Source of the DNA: the human T2T-CHM13v2.0 reference genome, Homo sapiens
Direction: 5' to 3' (one strand)
Assembly (NCBI RefSeq): GCF_009914755.1
Contig: NC_060931.1
Length of the DNA: 64,000 nt
The first letter of the stretch is position 1. Each line of letters begins with the position of its first letter. Below, in pieces: positions 63,646 to 64,000 of this stretch. A program made the position numbers and the translations under genes. The notes under the pieces are model-generated. The model was not told the DNA's origin. It saw nothing but the letters and a program-made list of their open reading frames with translations, and did not search any database.

Positions 63646-64000
63646 GGAGGGTGGAGCCAAGATGGTCGAATAGGAACAGCTCCAGTCTACAGCTCCCAGC
63701 ATGAGCGATGCAGAAGACAGGTGATTTCTGCATTTCCAACTGAGGTACTGCATTCATCTCACTGGGGAGTGTCAGAAAGTGGGTGCAGGACAGTGGGTGC
63801 AGCGCACCGAGCATGAGCCGAAGCAGGGCGAGGCATCACCTCATCCGGAAAGTGCAAGGGTCAGGGAATTCCCTTTCCTAGTCAAGGAAAGCAGTGAGAG
63901 ATGGCACCTGGAAAATTGGGTCACTCCCACCCTAATACTGCACTTTTCCAACGGTCTTAGCAAACGGCACACCAGGAGATTATATCCCACGCCTGGCTCA
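63646..64000 (+). mobile_element. 5'UTR start of a third primate L1 (L1PA4-like), cut by the window end
   Basis: GGAGGGTGGAGCCAAGATGGTCGAATAGGAACAGCTCC. Confidence 0.92.

Overview
Human genomic DNA containing the complete TAC1 (preprotachykinin-A) gene on the + strand. The CpG-island promoter spans ~9.25-9.65 kb. Seven exons run from ~9640 to ~18022 and splice into the 129-aa beta precursor (390-nt CDS: 123+97+45+24+54+47) carrying substance P, neurokinin A, neuropeptide K and neuropeptide gamma. The rest is repeat-rich intergenic DNA: Alus, old L1s, MaLR/ERV LTRs, DNA transposons, two full-length but ORF-broken primate L1s and the 5' end of a third. I find no second host protein-coding gene and no evidence for a wholly new biological system. 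The most notable structures are retrotransposition products read from their junctions. (1) A human-specific L1HS-Ta insertion with a twin-priming inversion lies ~4.9 kb downstream of TAC1. (2) An AluY and a full-length L1 are enclosed by one target-site duplication (TSD), inside a nested stack of older elements. (3) A full-length L1PA3-like element has its whole promoter/ORF1 N-terminus inverted and carries a 3' transduction with its own poly(A) signal. (4) A ~260-bp local inverted duplication was copied from an old L1. Several TAC1 RNA-processing hypotheses are also listed. Repeat subfamily names come from recalled consensus motifs and need RepeatMasker/Dfam confirmation.
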